From: Alphaproteobacteria bacterium
GTDB taxonomy: Bacteria > Pseudomonadota > Alphaproteobacteria > CADEGL01
Reading direction: 5' to 3'
Length of the DNA: 64,000 nucleotides
Assembly: GCA_026400755.1 (NCBI GenBank)
Contig: JAPLOM010000011.1
Coordinates: forward strand, 14,815 to 78,814
A program made the position numbers and the translations under genes. Positions within the stretch are counted from its first letter, which is position 1; each line of letters begins with the position of its first letter. The notes under the pieces are model-generated. The model was not told where the DNA came from and made no database searches. It worked only from the letters and a program-made list of their open reading frames with translations. Positions 9,301 through 17,801 of the stretch are shown piece by piece.

Positions 9301-10050
9301 ATGCTCGAACCCGCCATCCGCGTCACGCGCCTGACCAAGCGCTATAAGACGGTCTTGGCCGTCGCCGCGCTCGATTTCGAAGTCACGCGCGGCTCGGTGA
9401 CCGCGCTTTTGGGCGGCAACGGCGCGGGCAAGACCACGACCCTGTCCATGATCATGGGCCTCGTGCTGCCGACGTCCGGCGCGATCGAGGTGCTGGGCCA
9501 GGACATGGTCCATCACCGGTATCGCGTGCTGCCGCGTATGAATTTCTCCTCGCCCTATGTGGAACTGCCGCGCAGCCTGACGGTGCAGGAGAACCTGGCG
9601 GTCTTCGCCCGGCTTTATGGCATTCCCGACCGCACGAAAGCCTGCGCACGCCTGGCCGAGGAACTGGATCTGACCGCTTTCCTCAAGCGCGCCACGGGCA
9701 CTCTGTCCGCCGGCGAGAAGACGCGCGTGATGTTGGCCAAGTCTCTCCTCAACCAGCCCGAGCTTCTGCTGCTGGACGAGCCGACAGCGTCGCTGGACCC
9801 GGATTCCGCCGATTGGATCCGCACCTATCTGCAGGACTATCAGCGCCGGTATGGCGCGACCGTGCTCATGGCCTCCCACAACATGCTCGAGGTCGAGCGG
9901 ATGTGCGACGACGTGATGGTCATGCGCGAAGGCAAGATCGAACATCGCGGCACGCCCGCTGAATTGATCCGGCAATTCGGGCGCGACACGCTGGAAGAGG
10001 TCTATCTGGACATCCACCGCCGCGAAGGCGGCGCGAGGGCCGCACAATGA
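9301..10050 (+). CDS. ABC-2 exporter ATP-binding subunit (NodI/DrrA-like)
   Basis: Walker A GGNGAGKTT, LSAGE signature, LLLLDEPT Walker B, SH switch. Confidence 0.93.
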   Translation: MLEPAIRVTRLTKRYKTVLAVAALDFEVTRGSVTALLGGNGAGKTTTLSMIMGLVLPTSGAIEVLGQDMVHHRYRVLPRMNFSSPYVELPRSLTVQENLAVFARLYGIPDRTKACARLAEELDLTAFLKRATGTLSAGEKTRVMLAKSLLNQPELLLLDEPTASLDPDSADWIRTYLQDYQRRYGATVLMASHNMLEVERMCDDVMVMREGKIEHRGTPAELIRQFGRDTLEEVYLDIHRREGGARAAQ

Positions 10051-10883
10051 GTGCGTTCCGGGACAAGGTGTCGCGCGCGGGCGCGCACGGGTTTTCGCCC
10101 ACGCGCATCAGCGCCATGGTCATGCGCCACGTCTATCTATTGCGGCGGTCATGGCCGCGCCTTTTGGAGCTGGCGTACTGGCCCATCGTCCAGGTGTTGC
10201 TGTGGGGTTTTATCAGCAAGTTCTTCGCCACCAACAGCACCTGGGTCGCGCAAGCCGCCGGTGTGCTCTTAGCCGGCGTGTTGTTGTGGGACGTGCTGTT
10301 TCGCAGCCAGTTGGGCGTCACGATCTCCCTTCTGGAAGAGCTGTGGTCGCGCAACCTGGGCCACCTCTTCATCAGCCCGCTGCGGCCTTACGAGTTGTGC
10401 ATTTCGCTCACCACCATGAGCTTGATCCGCACGCTGATCGGCATTCTCCCAGCAGCGTTGATCGCCATTCCGCTTTACGAATACTCCATCTTCGACATGG
10501 GACTGCCGCTGCTGGCGTTTTTCTCGACGCTCCTGGTCTTTGGCTGGGCGCTGGGTCTGGCCATCGCGGCCGTTCTGATCCGCTTGGGCATGGCGGCAGA
10601 GAACCTGGCGTGGCTCCTGGTGTTCGTGCTGGCGCCGATTTCGGGCATCTATTACCCCATCGACGTCTTGCCCGGCTGGGTTCAAGTGATCGCTTGGATG
10701 TTCCCGGCACCCTATGTGTTCGAAGGCATGCGCGAGGTGCTGTTCCACGGCGTCTTCCGCGTCGATCTGATGCTGGCCGCGCTGGCGCTGGATCTCGTCT
10801 ATCTCCTCTTGGGCGCGGGCGCTTTCCTTTACAGCTTCCGCGTCGCGCGGGTGCAGGGATTGCTCCTGCGTACGGGCGAATGA
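10047..10883 (+). CDS. ABC-2 type transporter permease
   Basis: About six hydrophobic segments, SGIYYPIDVLPGWVQ ABC-2 signature; ATGA overlap with the ATPase. Confidence 0.92.
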   Translation: MSAFRDKVSRAGAHGFSPTRISAMVMRHVYLLRRSWPRLLELAYWPIVQVLLWGFISKFFATNSTWVAQAAGVLLAGVLLWDVLFRSQLGVTISLLEELWSRNLGHLFISPLRPYELCISLTTMSLIRTLIGILPAALIAIPLYEYSIFDMGLPLLAFFSTLLVFGWALGLAIAAVLIRLGMAAENLAWLLVFVLAPISGIYYPIDVLPGWVQVIAWMFPAPYVFEGMREVLFHGVFRVDLMLAALALDLVYLLLGAGAFLYSFRVARVQGLLLRTGE

Positions 10884-10887
10884 TCGC

Positions 10888-11916
10888 CTAGACGTCGCGG
10901 CCGCTGACGCGCGCTTCCTCGAATGTCGCCATGCCGGTGTGGCAGGCCACCGCCGCGCGCAGAATGCCGACCGCGAGGGCCGCGCCCGACGCCTCGCCCA
11001 GCCGCATGCCGAGATCGAGCACCGGCCGCTTGCCAAGCCGCTCTAGAAGCCGCGCATGGCCGGGTTCGGCCGAACGATGCGCGACGATGCAATGATCAAG
11101 CGCGCCCGGCCGCGCCTCGTGGATGATCGCGGCGGCGGCGGTCGAGGCATAGCCATCGAGCACGACGGGCACATGCGCCAGCCGCGCGGCCAGCACGGCG
11201 CCCGCGATGGCGGCCAATTCGTGCCCGCCGACGCAGCGCAGAATCTCGAACGGATCGGTCATCATCGCGCGGTTGCGCGCCACGCCCGCCGTCACGGTCT
11301 CGACCTTGCGCGCGAGCGCAGCGCCCTCGGCCCCCGTGCCCGGCCCGACCCAATCGGTCGCGGTACCGCCGTAGAGCGCATGACACAGGGCCGCGGCGGA
11401 GGTCGTGTTGGCGATGCCCATTTCGCCGAGGCAGAGAAGGTCGACGCCCGGCTCCACCGCCATCATTCCGTAGGCCGCGGCGCGCGCGCATTCCTCGCCC
11501 GACAGCGCTGGTTCTTCGGTGAAGTCGCGCGTCGGGTGATCGAGCGCCATCTCGTAGACGCGCAGGTCGGCATCGACCGCCTTGCAAAGCTGGTTGATGG
11601 CGGCGCCGCCTGCGATGAAGTTCTGCACCATCTGAGCAGTCACGGCGGGCGGATAGGCGCTGACCCCGCGCGCGGCGACGCCATGGTTGCCCGCGAAGAC
11701 GGCCACGCGCGGCCGGTCGATGCGCGGCGGATGGCGCCCCTGCCAACGCGCGAGCCAAGCCGACAACTCCTCCAGCCGCCCGAGCGCGCCGGCGGGTTTG
11801 GTCAACAGCTTCTCGCGCGCGGCGGCGGCCTCCGCGGCGGCTTCGTCGCCGTCCGGCAACGATGCGATCAGGGCGCGCAGCTCGTCGAGCGACGCGGGTG
11901 GAGACGGTTGGGTCAT
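10888..11916 (-). CDS. cobT: Nicotinate-nucleotide--dimethylbenzimidazole phosphoribosyltransferase
   Basis: LTKPAGALGRLE, FAGNHGV, GEMGIANTTSAAA, LGMRLGEASGA motifs; start MTQPS. Confidence 0.95.
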   Translation of the reverse strand: MTQPSPPASLDELRALIASLPDGDEAAAEAAAAREKLLTKPAGALGRLEELSAWLARWQGRHPPRIDRPRVAVFAGNHGVAARGVSAYPPAVTAQMVQNFIAGGAAINQLCKAVDADLRVYEMALDHPTRDFTEEPALSGEECARAAAYGMMAVEPGVDLLCLGEMGIANTTSAAALCHALYGGTATDWVGPGTGAEGAALARKVETVTAGVARNRAMMTDPFEILRCVGGHELAAIAGAVLAARLAHVPVVLDGYASTAAAAIIHEARPGALDHCIVAHRSAEPGHARLLERLGKRPVLDLGMRLGEASGAALAVGILRAAVACHTGMATFEEARVSGRDV

Positions 11917-11918
11917 GG

Positions 11919-12083
11919 TCAGTCCAAAATTTCGGCGAAGGCGCGGATGGGGAACGAGGTCGCGTCGCGCACCCGCGGGGGCACGGCGAAGAAACAGAAT
12001 TGCCACACACGCACGGCATAGCGCGGATTGATGCCACCCATGCCCTCGAAAATCTCCCGGCTCAATTCAACGAAGCGCGTCAT
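11919..12083 (-). pseudogene. 54-aa in-frame remnant of a cyclase/kynurenine formamidase-family gene (N- and C-termini fused)
   Basis: Manual translation MTRFVELSREIFEGMGGINPRYAVRVWQFCFFAVPPRVRDATSFPIRAFAEILD*; SD AGGGA; stop 2 nt before the cobT ATG; both ends resemble cyclase-family termini. Confidence 0.6.
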
Positions 12084-12151
12084 GGCAATCCCTGTTCGCG
12101 GACCCGTACCTGTCCTATAACCACGATCATGCTTGGCGCTAGAGGAATCCC

Positions 12152-12967
12152 GTGACGACGGTCGAGGAACCAGGGCCCCCGCGCAACCGCCTGGACGTGG
12201 GCGGCTGGCTGGCCGACCTCACGGTGGCGGCGGCGTTCCTGACGCGATTGCGGCCGCCGGGCGCTTTGGCCCCAGCGGACCTGGCGCCCGGCCGCCTGGC
12301 TGGGACGGTACGCGCTTTCCCGCTGGTCGGGGCGGGCGTGGGTCTGGCGGGCGGAATCGTGTACGCCCTGGCCTATTGGCTTGGTTTACCCCCCCTCGCC
12401 GCGGCGTTGTGTGCGCTGACGGTGACCGCCTTGGCGACCGGCGCCTTGCACGAAGACGGGTTGGCCGACACGGCCGACGGACTCGGCGGTGGCAAGACGG
12501 TGGAAGATCGTCTGCGCATCATGCGCGACAGCCATATCGGCGCCTTCGGCGTCCTGGCGTTGATCTTCAGCGTCGGCCTGCGCGCGGCGGCGCTGGCCAC
12601 CCTCGGCACGCCATGGCTGGCTGCGGCCGCCCTGATCGCGAGCGGCGCTGGCTCCCGTGCCTTGCTCGGCCTGCTCATGCGGCGGCTTGATCCGGCGCGG
12701 CCTGACGGGCTGGCTGCCGGCGCCGGCCGGCCTTCCGAGGAAGGCGCCCTGACCGCAGCCGCGATCGGCGCAGCGTTCGCCGTTCTCTTTCTCGGTCTTG
12801 GCGCTGGGATTGTGGCGGCCGCCGCTGCGGCGGTCGCAGCGGCGGCCGTCGGCCAATACGCACGGCGTGGCATCGGCGGCTATACCGGCGACGTGTTGGG
12901 GGCGACCCAGCAGGTCGCCGAGATCGCCATCCTGCTGGTCGCCGCGGCGAAGCTCGGATCGGCATGA
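12152..12967 (+). CDS. cobS: Adenosylcobinamide-GDP ribazoletransferase (cobalamin synthase)
   Basis: FLTRL, TGALHEDGLADTADG, IMRDSHIGAFG, GGYTGDVLGA; GTG start with GAGG SD. Confidence 0.95.
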   Translation: MTTVEEPGPPRNRLDVGGWLADLTVAAAFLTRLRPPGALAPADLAPGRLAGTVRAFPLVGAGVGLAGGIVYALAYWLGLPPLAAALCALTVTALATGALHEDGLADTADGLGGGKTVEDRLRIMRDSHIGAFGVLALIFSVGLRAAALATLGTPWLAAAALIASGAGSRALLGLLMRRLDPARPDGLAAGAGRPSEEGALTAAAIGAAFAVLFLGLGAGIVAAAAAAVAAAAVGQYARRGIGGYTGDVLGATQQVAEIAILLVAAAKLGSA

Positions 12968-13614
12968 GCAAGGTCACCCGCTGGTGGTGGATCCGGCACG
13001 CGCCCGTGCCGGACGGCGGCTGCATCTATGGCCAGCGTGATCTTTCAGCCGACTGTACCGACAGCGCGGCCTTCGCCTACCGCGCCGCGTCCCTGCCGGC
13101 GGGCGCCGTGTGGGTTGCGAGCCATCTGCGCCGCACCCATGAGACCGCGGCGGCCATTTGCGCCGCGGGTTACGGTGAGGCGCAACCGGCAGTCGAACGC
13201 GATCTGGCCGAGCAGCATTTCGGCGAATGGCAGGGACTGCCGCGCAAGGAAGTCTTCGCCAGCCAATCGCGCTGGCCGAACTTTTGGCTGGCGCCGGCCG
13301 ACCAGGCGCCGCCGGGCGGCGAAAGCTTCGCCCAAGTGGTCGCGCGCGTGGCGCCCGCGATCGAACGGCTGACCACATCACACGCGGGCCGCAACATCGT
13401 GGCCGTCGCCCACGGCGGCACGATTCGCGCGGCACTGGCGCTGGCGCTCGGCCTGACGCCATCGGCGGCGTTGGCCTTCTCCGTCGACACAATCTCGCTG
13501 ACGCGCCTCGACCATATCGCCGGGCCGGACGGCGCGGCGTGGCGCGTGGTCGCCGTCAACCAAGCGGCCAGTGCCCTTCCCGCCGGCCGCGACATCCCCA
13601 TCACCTTCGCGTGA
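12964..13614 (+). CDS. Histidine phosphatase family protein (CobC-like alpha-ribazole phosphatase)
   Basis: IRHAP, EQHFGEWQG, PPGGES, VAHGGTIR motifs; position in the cob operon. Confidence 0.88.
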   Translation: MSKVTRWWWIRHAPVPDGGCIYGQRDLSADCTDSAAFAYRAASLPAGAVWVASHLRRTHETAAAICAAGYGEAQPAVERDLAEQHFGEWQGLPRKEVFASQSRWPNFWLAPADQAPPGGESFAQVVARVAPAIERLTTSHAGRNIVAVAHGGTIRAALALALGLTPSAALAFSVDTISLTRLDHIAGPDGAAWRVVAVNQAASALPAGRDIPITFA

Positions 13615-14135
13615 CGGCGCCGCTCGCTCGCGTAACCCTGGTCCTCGGCGGCGCGCGGTCGGGCAAAAGCCGTTACGCCGAAACGTTGTTGCGCGAGGCA
13701 GGTGGCGGCATCTACCTGGCCACCGCCCAGGCGCTGGACAGCGAGATGACAGCGCGCATCGCGCGCCACCGGGCCGAACGGGGCCATGGATGGACAACGG
13801 TGGAAGAGCCGTTGGAATTGGCCGCCGCGCTCGAACGCGGCGCGCAGGCGGGACGCCCGATTCTGGTCGACTGCCTGACCTTGTGGCTGTCCAACCTGAT
13901 GGGCGCCGGGCGCGCGACGGAAGCGGAAACCGCGCGGCTGCGGGCGGTTTTAAAGATTCTGCCGGTCCCCGTGGTGTTCGTCTCCAATGAGGTTGGCCTG
14001 GGCATCGTGCCCGACAACGCACTGGCGCGCGCTTTCCGCGACGAAGCCGGACGGTTGAACCAAGCCATAGCCGCCGCCGCGGATCGCGTGGTGTTCCTGG
14101 CCGCGGGCCTTCCCTTGGTTCTCAAGGGCGGCTGA
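13611..14135 (+). CDS. cobU: Bifunctional adenosylcobinamide kinase / cobinamide-phosphate guanylyltransferase
   Basis: GTG start overlapping the upstream stop; GGARSGKSRYAE, VDCLTLWLSN, VSNEVGLGIVP. Confidence 0.95.
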   Translation: MTAPLARVTLVLGGARSGKSRYAETLLREAGGGIYLATAQALDSEMTARIARHRAERGHGWTTVEEPLELAAALERGAQAGRPILVDCLTLWLSNLMGAGRATEAETARLRAVLKILPVPVVFVSNEVGLGIVPDNALARAFRDEAGRLNQAIAAAADRVVFLAAGLPLVLKGG

Positions 14136-14701
14136 TGCCCGCGTTCGATCCGGCAAGCCTCGTTCACGCCTTGGGCATCGACGCGCAAGCAGGCCGCCGG
14201 ATCGGCTTGATTTTGGTCGAAGACGAAAACATGGGCGGCGCGGCCACGGCCGTCCTCCGCACGCTCTCGGCACTCGCGGCCTCGGGCTGCCGGGTCGAAG
14301 AATTGCCCGCGGACGGGCGGGCGCTTCTGCGCCGTCTTTGGCGCGGCATGGAGGAGACGTCTCCGGACCGTGAAACGTTGCCCTTGCCCGACTATGTGCG
14401 TTGGCTGACCACGCTTCCCGCCGGCTATGAGCAAGAGCTTGCCACCGGATGGAAGCGTCCGGAGGACGACCCCTTGTTCCGCGCCGGAACGCTGGATTGC
14501 GGTCATTTCCTCATTCCCGCCGCGCGGTTCGGCGATGCCGCCATCGTCGCCTGGAGCATGCGCGCCAAGCCTTCCACCGCCTCGACGCCGCCCCACGGCC
14601 ATCTGGCCGCGGTCGCATGGTTGCGCGACATCTTCGGCGCCCAAGCCGTCCTGACCATCGATGGAAAGGGCGCTGTCACCGTCGCGCCGCCACCATTTTG
14701 A
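14135..14701 (+). CDS. Stand-alone fragment of cobaltochelatase CobN (mini-CobN, 188 aa)
   Basis: LPADGRALL, LPLPDY..W...LP, PEDDPLF...DCGHFLIPAARFG and PPHGHLAAVAWLRDIFGAQAV resemble an internal CobN region; TGATG overlap with cobU. Confidence 0.72.
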   Translation: MPAFDPASLVHALGIDAQAGRRIGLILVEDENMGGAATAVLRTLSALAASGCRVEELPADGRALLRRLWRGMEETSPDRETLPLPDYVRWLTTLPAGYEQELATGWKRPEDDPLFRAGTLDCGHFLIPAARFGDAAIVAWSMRAKPSTASTPPHGHLAAVAWLRDIFGAQAVLTIDGKGAVTVAPPPF

Positions 14702-14885
14702 TGCCGCATTCCCAACCTAGACCCCCACACGATCCCTGGTCCCCGAGGAATCCCAAACGCGTTATGATGGCCCGCCTGCCTGCGACGGAGCGAAATTTGG
14801 AAATAAATCCAGGGGTTTCCGCGTCGTCATCACGGGCGGAGGCGCCGATGCGGCGGCGCCGGACCCTGCAAGGAGAAGAAGAAAC

Positions 14886-15578
14886 ATGAGAATACCCCTC
14901 CGGACCGTCTTCGGATTTGCCCTCGTCCTCACCATCGCCACCAGTTCAGCAGCGCGCGCGGAAACCAACCAGGAAGAGCTGGTCAGCAAGGCGCGCCTGA
15001 CCATTGAGCGCCTGTCGGCCAATCCGGATTTCGGACGCATGAACGCCGCCGTCAAAACCTCGCAGGCGGTGATGATCTTCCCCTCTGTGCTGAAGGGCAG
15101 CTTCATCATCGGCGCCGAGGGCGGCAACGGCGTGCTTCTGACCAAGGACGCCAACGGCGAATGGAGCTATCCCGCCTTCTACACGCTGGGCGCGGGCAGC
15201 ATCGGGCTGCAAGCCGGGTTCCAGGATTCCGAGGTTGTCCTCGTCATCAACACGCTGAAGGGCTTGAACGCGATCCTGAACAACAATTTCAAGTTCGGTG
15301 TTGATGCCAGCGTAGCGCTCGGTCCGGTCGGCCAAGGCATCGAAGGCTCGACGACGACCGCGTTCGGCGCAGACATCGAGGCATATTCCGCAACCCGCGG
15401 CCTGTTCGCGGGCGGCTCCCTTGAGGGGGCCGTGACATACGAACGCTCGGATTGGAACCGGAACTATTACGAGGTCGGCGCCTCGGCACGCGGCGTCGTG
15501 ATGGAACGCGCGTTCCGCAATCCGCAGGCCGACGGCCTGCGCGAGGCCTTGGCGAAGATCAGCAGCGCCGCGCCCTAG
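14886..15578 (+). CDS. Exported lipid-binding SYLF (Ysc84) domain protein
   Basis: Signal peptide (ARA), KGSFIIGAEGGNGV, GSIGLQAG, GLFAGGSLEG, NRNYY; strong AAGGAG SD. Confidence 0.9.
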   Translation: MRIPLRTVFGFALVLTIATSSAARAETNQEELVSKARLTIERLSANPDFGRMNAAVKTSQAVMIFPSVLKGSFIIGAEGGNGVLLTKDANGEWSYPAFYTLGAGSIGLQAGFQDSEVVLVINTLKGLNAILNNNFKFGVDASVALGPVGQGIEGSTTTAFGADIEAYSATRGLFAGGSLEGAVTYERSDWNRNYYEVGASARGVVMERAFRNPQADGLREALAKISSAAP

Positions 15579-15584
15579 ACGCCT

Positions 15585-16571
15585 TCAATCGAATCCCAGC
15601 CAAGCAAGCGCGACCGCAAGCACGAAGAGCGCGCAAGCCCCGACATAGAGCCGCAACGCGCGTGCGACATCGCGCGCTTCCAAATTGGGCGCGCCGTCGC
15701 CGAGCCAGGGATCATCGATGGTTTGGGTGCCGTAGCGGCGTGGCCCCGCGAGAGCGAGCCCAAGCGCGCCGGCCGCCGCGGCCTCGGGCCAGCCCGCGTT
15801 GACCGAACGGTGTTTGCCCGCGTCGCGCCAAGCGACGGCGAGGGCGCGGGACGGCCGCGCGCCTGGCACGAAGACGGCCGCGGCCGCGAGGAGAATGGCG
15901 GAGAGGCGCGCCGGAACGAAGTTCAGCACGTCGTCGAGACGCGCCGAGGCGCGTCCAAAATACAAATGACGCGGCGAGCGATGGCCCAACATGCTGTCCA
16001 GCGTGTTAGCCGCCTTATAGGCGAACAGTCCAGGCAAGCCGAAGACCGCATAGAAGAGCGCCGGCGCGATCACGCCGTCGGAGAAGTTCTCGACCAGAGA
16101 CTCCACGGCCGCGCGCGCCACACCGTGCCGATCGAGGCTGCGCGGATCGCGACCGACGATATGGGAGACAGTGTGGCGCGCGCCCTCCAGATCACCGCGC
16201 GCCAACGGGCGCTCGACGCGGCGCACATGGGCAAACAGGCTGCGTTGCGCCAGCAGCGCCACGACCGCGGCCAATTCGACGACCCAGCCGAACGGAACGG
16301 AATTCGCCAGCACGTGCAGCGCAAGGCCGGACAAAGCGGCGCCCGCGACGACAATGAACGCCGCCACGGCGCCCCACACGAGATTTTGCGCTGGCCCACG
16401 CGTGGGCCAGTTCAGCATGCGGTCGAGATGCGCGATGACAGCGCCGAAAAGGCGGACGGGATGGCCGGGCCAGGAAAAGGGCCAGCGCCGCTCCGGCAAG
16501 GCGCCATCCAGAAAAAGCGCGGCGACGAGGACGGCCAGCGCGTCCGGGTGCGAAGCGCATTCGAAAATCAT
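15585..16571 (-). CDS. cbiB: Adenosylcobinamide-phosphate synthase CbiB/CobD
   Basis: HPVRLFG, IVGRD, ESLVENFSDGVIAP, NTLDSMLGH, RLDDVLNFVPARL, NAGWPEAA; start at 16571 is inferred. Confidence 0.93.
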   Translation of the reverse strand: MIFECASHPDALAVLVAALFLDGALPERRWPFSWPGHPVRLFGAVIAHLDRMLNWPTRGPAQNLVWGAVAAFIVVAGAALSGLALHVLANSVPFGWVVELAAVVALLAQRSLFAHVRRVERPLARGDLEGARHTVSHIVGRDPRSLDRHGVARAAVESLVENFSDGVIAPALFYAVFGLPGLFAYKAANTLDSMLGHRSPRHLYFGRASARLDDVLNFVPARLSAILLAAAAVFVPGARPSRALAVAWRDAGKHRSVNAGWPEAAAAGALGLALAGPRRYGTQTIDDPWLGDGAPNLEARDVARALRLYVGACALFVLAVALAWLGFD

Positions 16572-16623
16572 GGCCCGAAAAAGGAAAGCGCGGTCCGGCG
16601 CATCAATGCCGGCCGCATCGAGA

Positions 16624-17205
16624 TCAACCGCCGGCGTCGCGAAGATAGCGCACGGTCGCCGTCTGGCGATTCCGTTCGGCCCATTCCAACGCCGTGACGC
16701 CTGTGAAGTCACCGCGCTTGAGATCGACCTTCTTCGTCGTAACCAGCAGCTTGAGAATGTCCACGTTGCCGATCTTGGCGGCCTTGATCAGCGGCGTGTT
16801 GCCCGAACGGTCGATCGTGTTCGGATCCGCGCCGGCATCAAGCAGAACCTTCACGGCATCAATATTGCCCCGTTCCGCGGCCCAATTCAGCGCCGTGTTC
16901 CCGCTCTTGTCCTTGAGATCGACCAACACCCGGTCGCGAATCAGGACCTCCATGATGTTGACATGGTTGCCCTTGGCCGCCGCGATCAGCGCGGACGTAC
17001 CGTCAAGCTTATCGACTTCATTCGGATTCTTTCCGCCATTCAGCGCCTTTTGCACGCCTTCGAGATTGCCGTTGCCGGCATCCACCAAGAACGCGTCAGG
17101 CCCGAAACCGCCGGGAGGCGGCGCCAAGCCCTGGGCCAGGACGGGGGCCGCCAAGAAAAGGGGGAGAAGAAGCGCGGACAGGCGGGCAATCGATTTGATC
17201 TGCAT
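16624..17205 (-). CDS. Exported ankyrin-repeat protein
   Basis: Signal peptide (LLLPLFLAAPVLA) and ~4-5 ankyrin repeats (GTSALIAAA, GNTALNWAA, GNTPLIKAA, GVTALEWA). Confidence 0.9.
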   Translation of the reverse strand: MQIKSIARLSALLLPLFLAAPVLAQGLAPPPGGFGPDAFLVDAGNGNLEGVQKALNGGKNPNEVDKLDGTSALIAAAKGNHVNIMEVLIRDRVLVDLKDKSGNTALNWAAERGNIDAVKVLLDAGADPNTIDRSGNTPLIKAAKIGNVDILKLLVTTKKVDLKRGDFTGVTALEWAERNRQTATVRYLRDAGG

Positions 17206-17292
17206 GGAAGGTTTGTCAGGCGGAGCAGCGGTCAAGTCAAGGTTTTGCGGCGTCACAACCCCGTCAAGTGCGCGTGTGAATCCGGCGGTTGG

Positions 17293-17321
17293 CTTGAACC
17301 CGTTGGATTTTGCGCCTATTT
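17293..17321 (+). promoter_or_regulatory. Putative RpoH/RpoD-type promoter for the lipoprotein gene
   Basis: CTTGAA-N16-CCTATTT in an AT-rich divergent intergenic region. Confidence 0.45.
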
Positions 17322-17405
17322 TAAAAAAAGTAACAATTGCAACTTCTTGCCTGCGCAAGCCCGAAACGATCGGGTCGTGGCGGGCGGCTTTGGAGGCTCG
17401 AGATC

Positions 17406-17738
17406 ATGGCGTTGTCCCCGCGCATCGCGCGCGCCGCGACAGTAATGGCTGCGCTGGTGTTCGTCACCGCCTGCGGCCAGCGCGGCGTATGGACGAAGGA
17501 AGGCGCCACTCAGAGCGAGGTGACGTCGGCCCAGAAGGATTGCTCCCGCGATTCGAACGACTATGGCTTTCTGAACAACCAAAGCGCGGCCGAAGGCGCC
17601 AGCGCCCGCTACGAATCGGACAACCGCAACAGCCTGTACCGGCTCTGCATGTCCTCCAAGGGCTTCGGACAGATTCCGGAATCCCAGGCGAAACAGCAGC
17701 AGCAACAGCAGCAGCAGAAACCACAGCAAAGCCAATAG
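17406..17738 (+). CDS. Small lipoprotein with poly-Gln C-terminal tail
   Basis: GGAGG SD, lipobox VTA-C, WTKEG...DC...CMSSKGF pattern, tail QQQQQQQQKPQQSQ. Confidence 0.82.
   Translation: MALSPRIARAATVMAALVFVTACGQRGVWTKEGATQSEVTSAQKDCSRDSNDYGFLNNQSAAEGASARYESDNRNSLYRLCMSSKGFGQIPESQAKQQQQQQQQKPQQSQ
17694..17717 (+). repeat. (CAG)n-type trinucleotide repeat encoding Q8
   Basis: CAG CAG CAG CAA CAG CAG CAG CAG. Confidence 0.9.
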
Positions 17739-17801
17739 CAGCCGCTTGACCGCTGGCTGGCCGACGCCTCAAATGGCTCCGCAGTCCCGACGGAGCCCGC
17801 C

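Noticed and set aside
11917-12151. Cobalamin riboswitch between cobT and cobS
   Set aside because: No B12-box elements (GCCACTG, GGGAAG, AGYCAGRAGACC) were found; the space is occupied by the 54-aa ORF.
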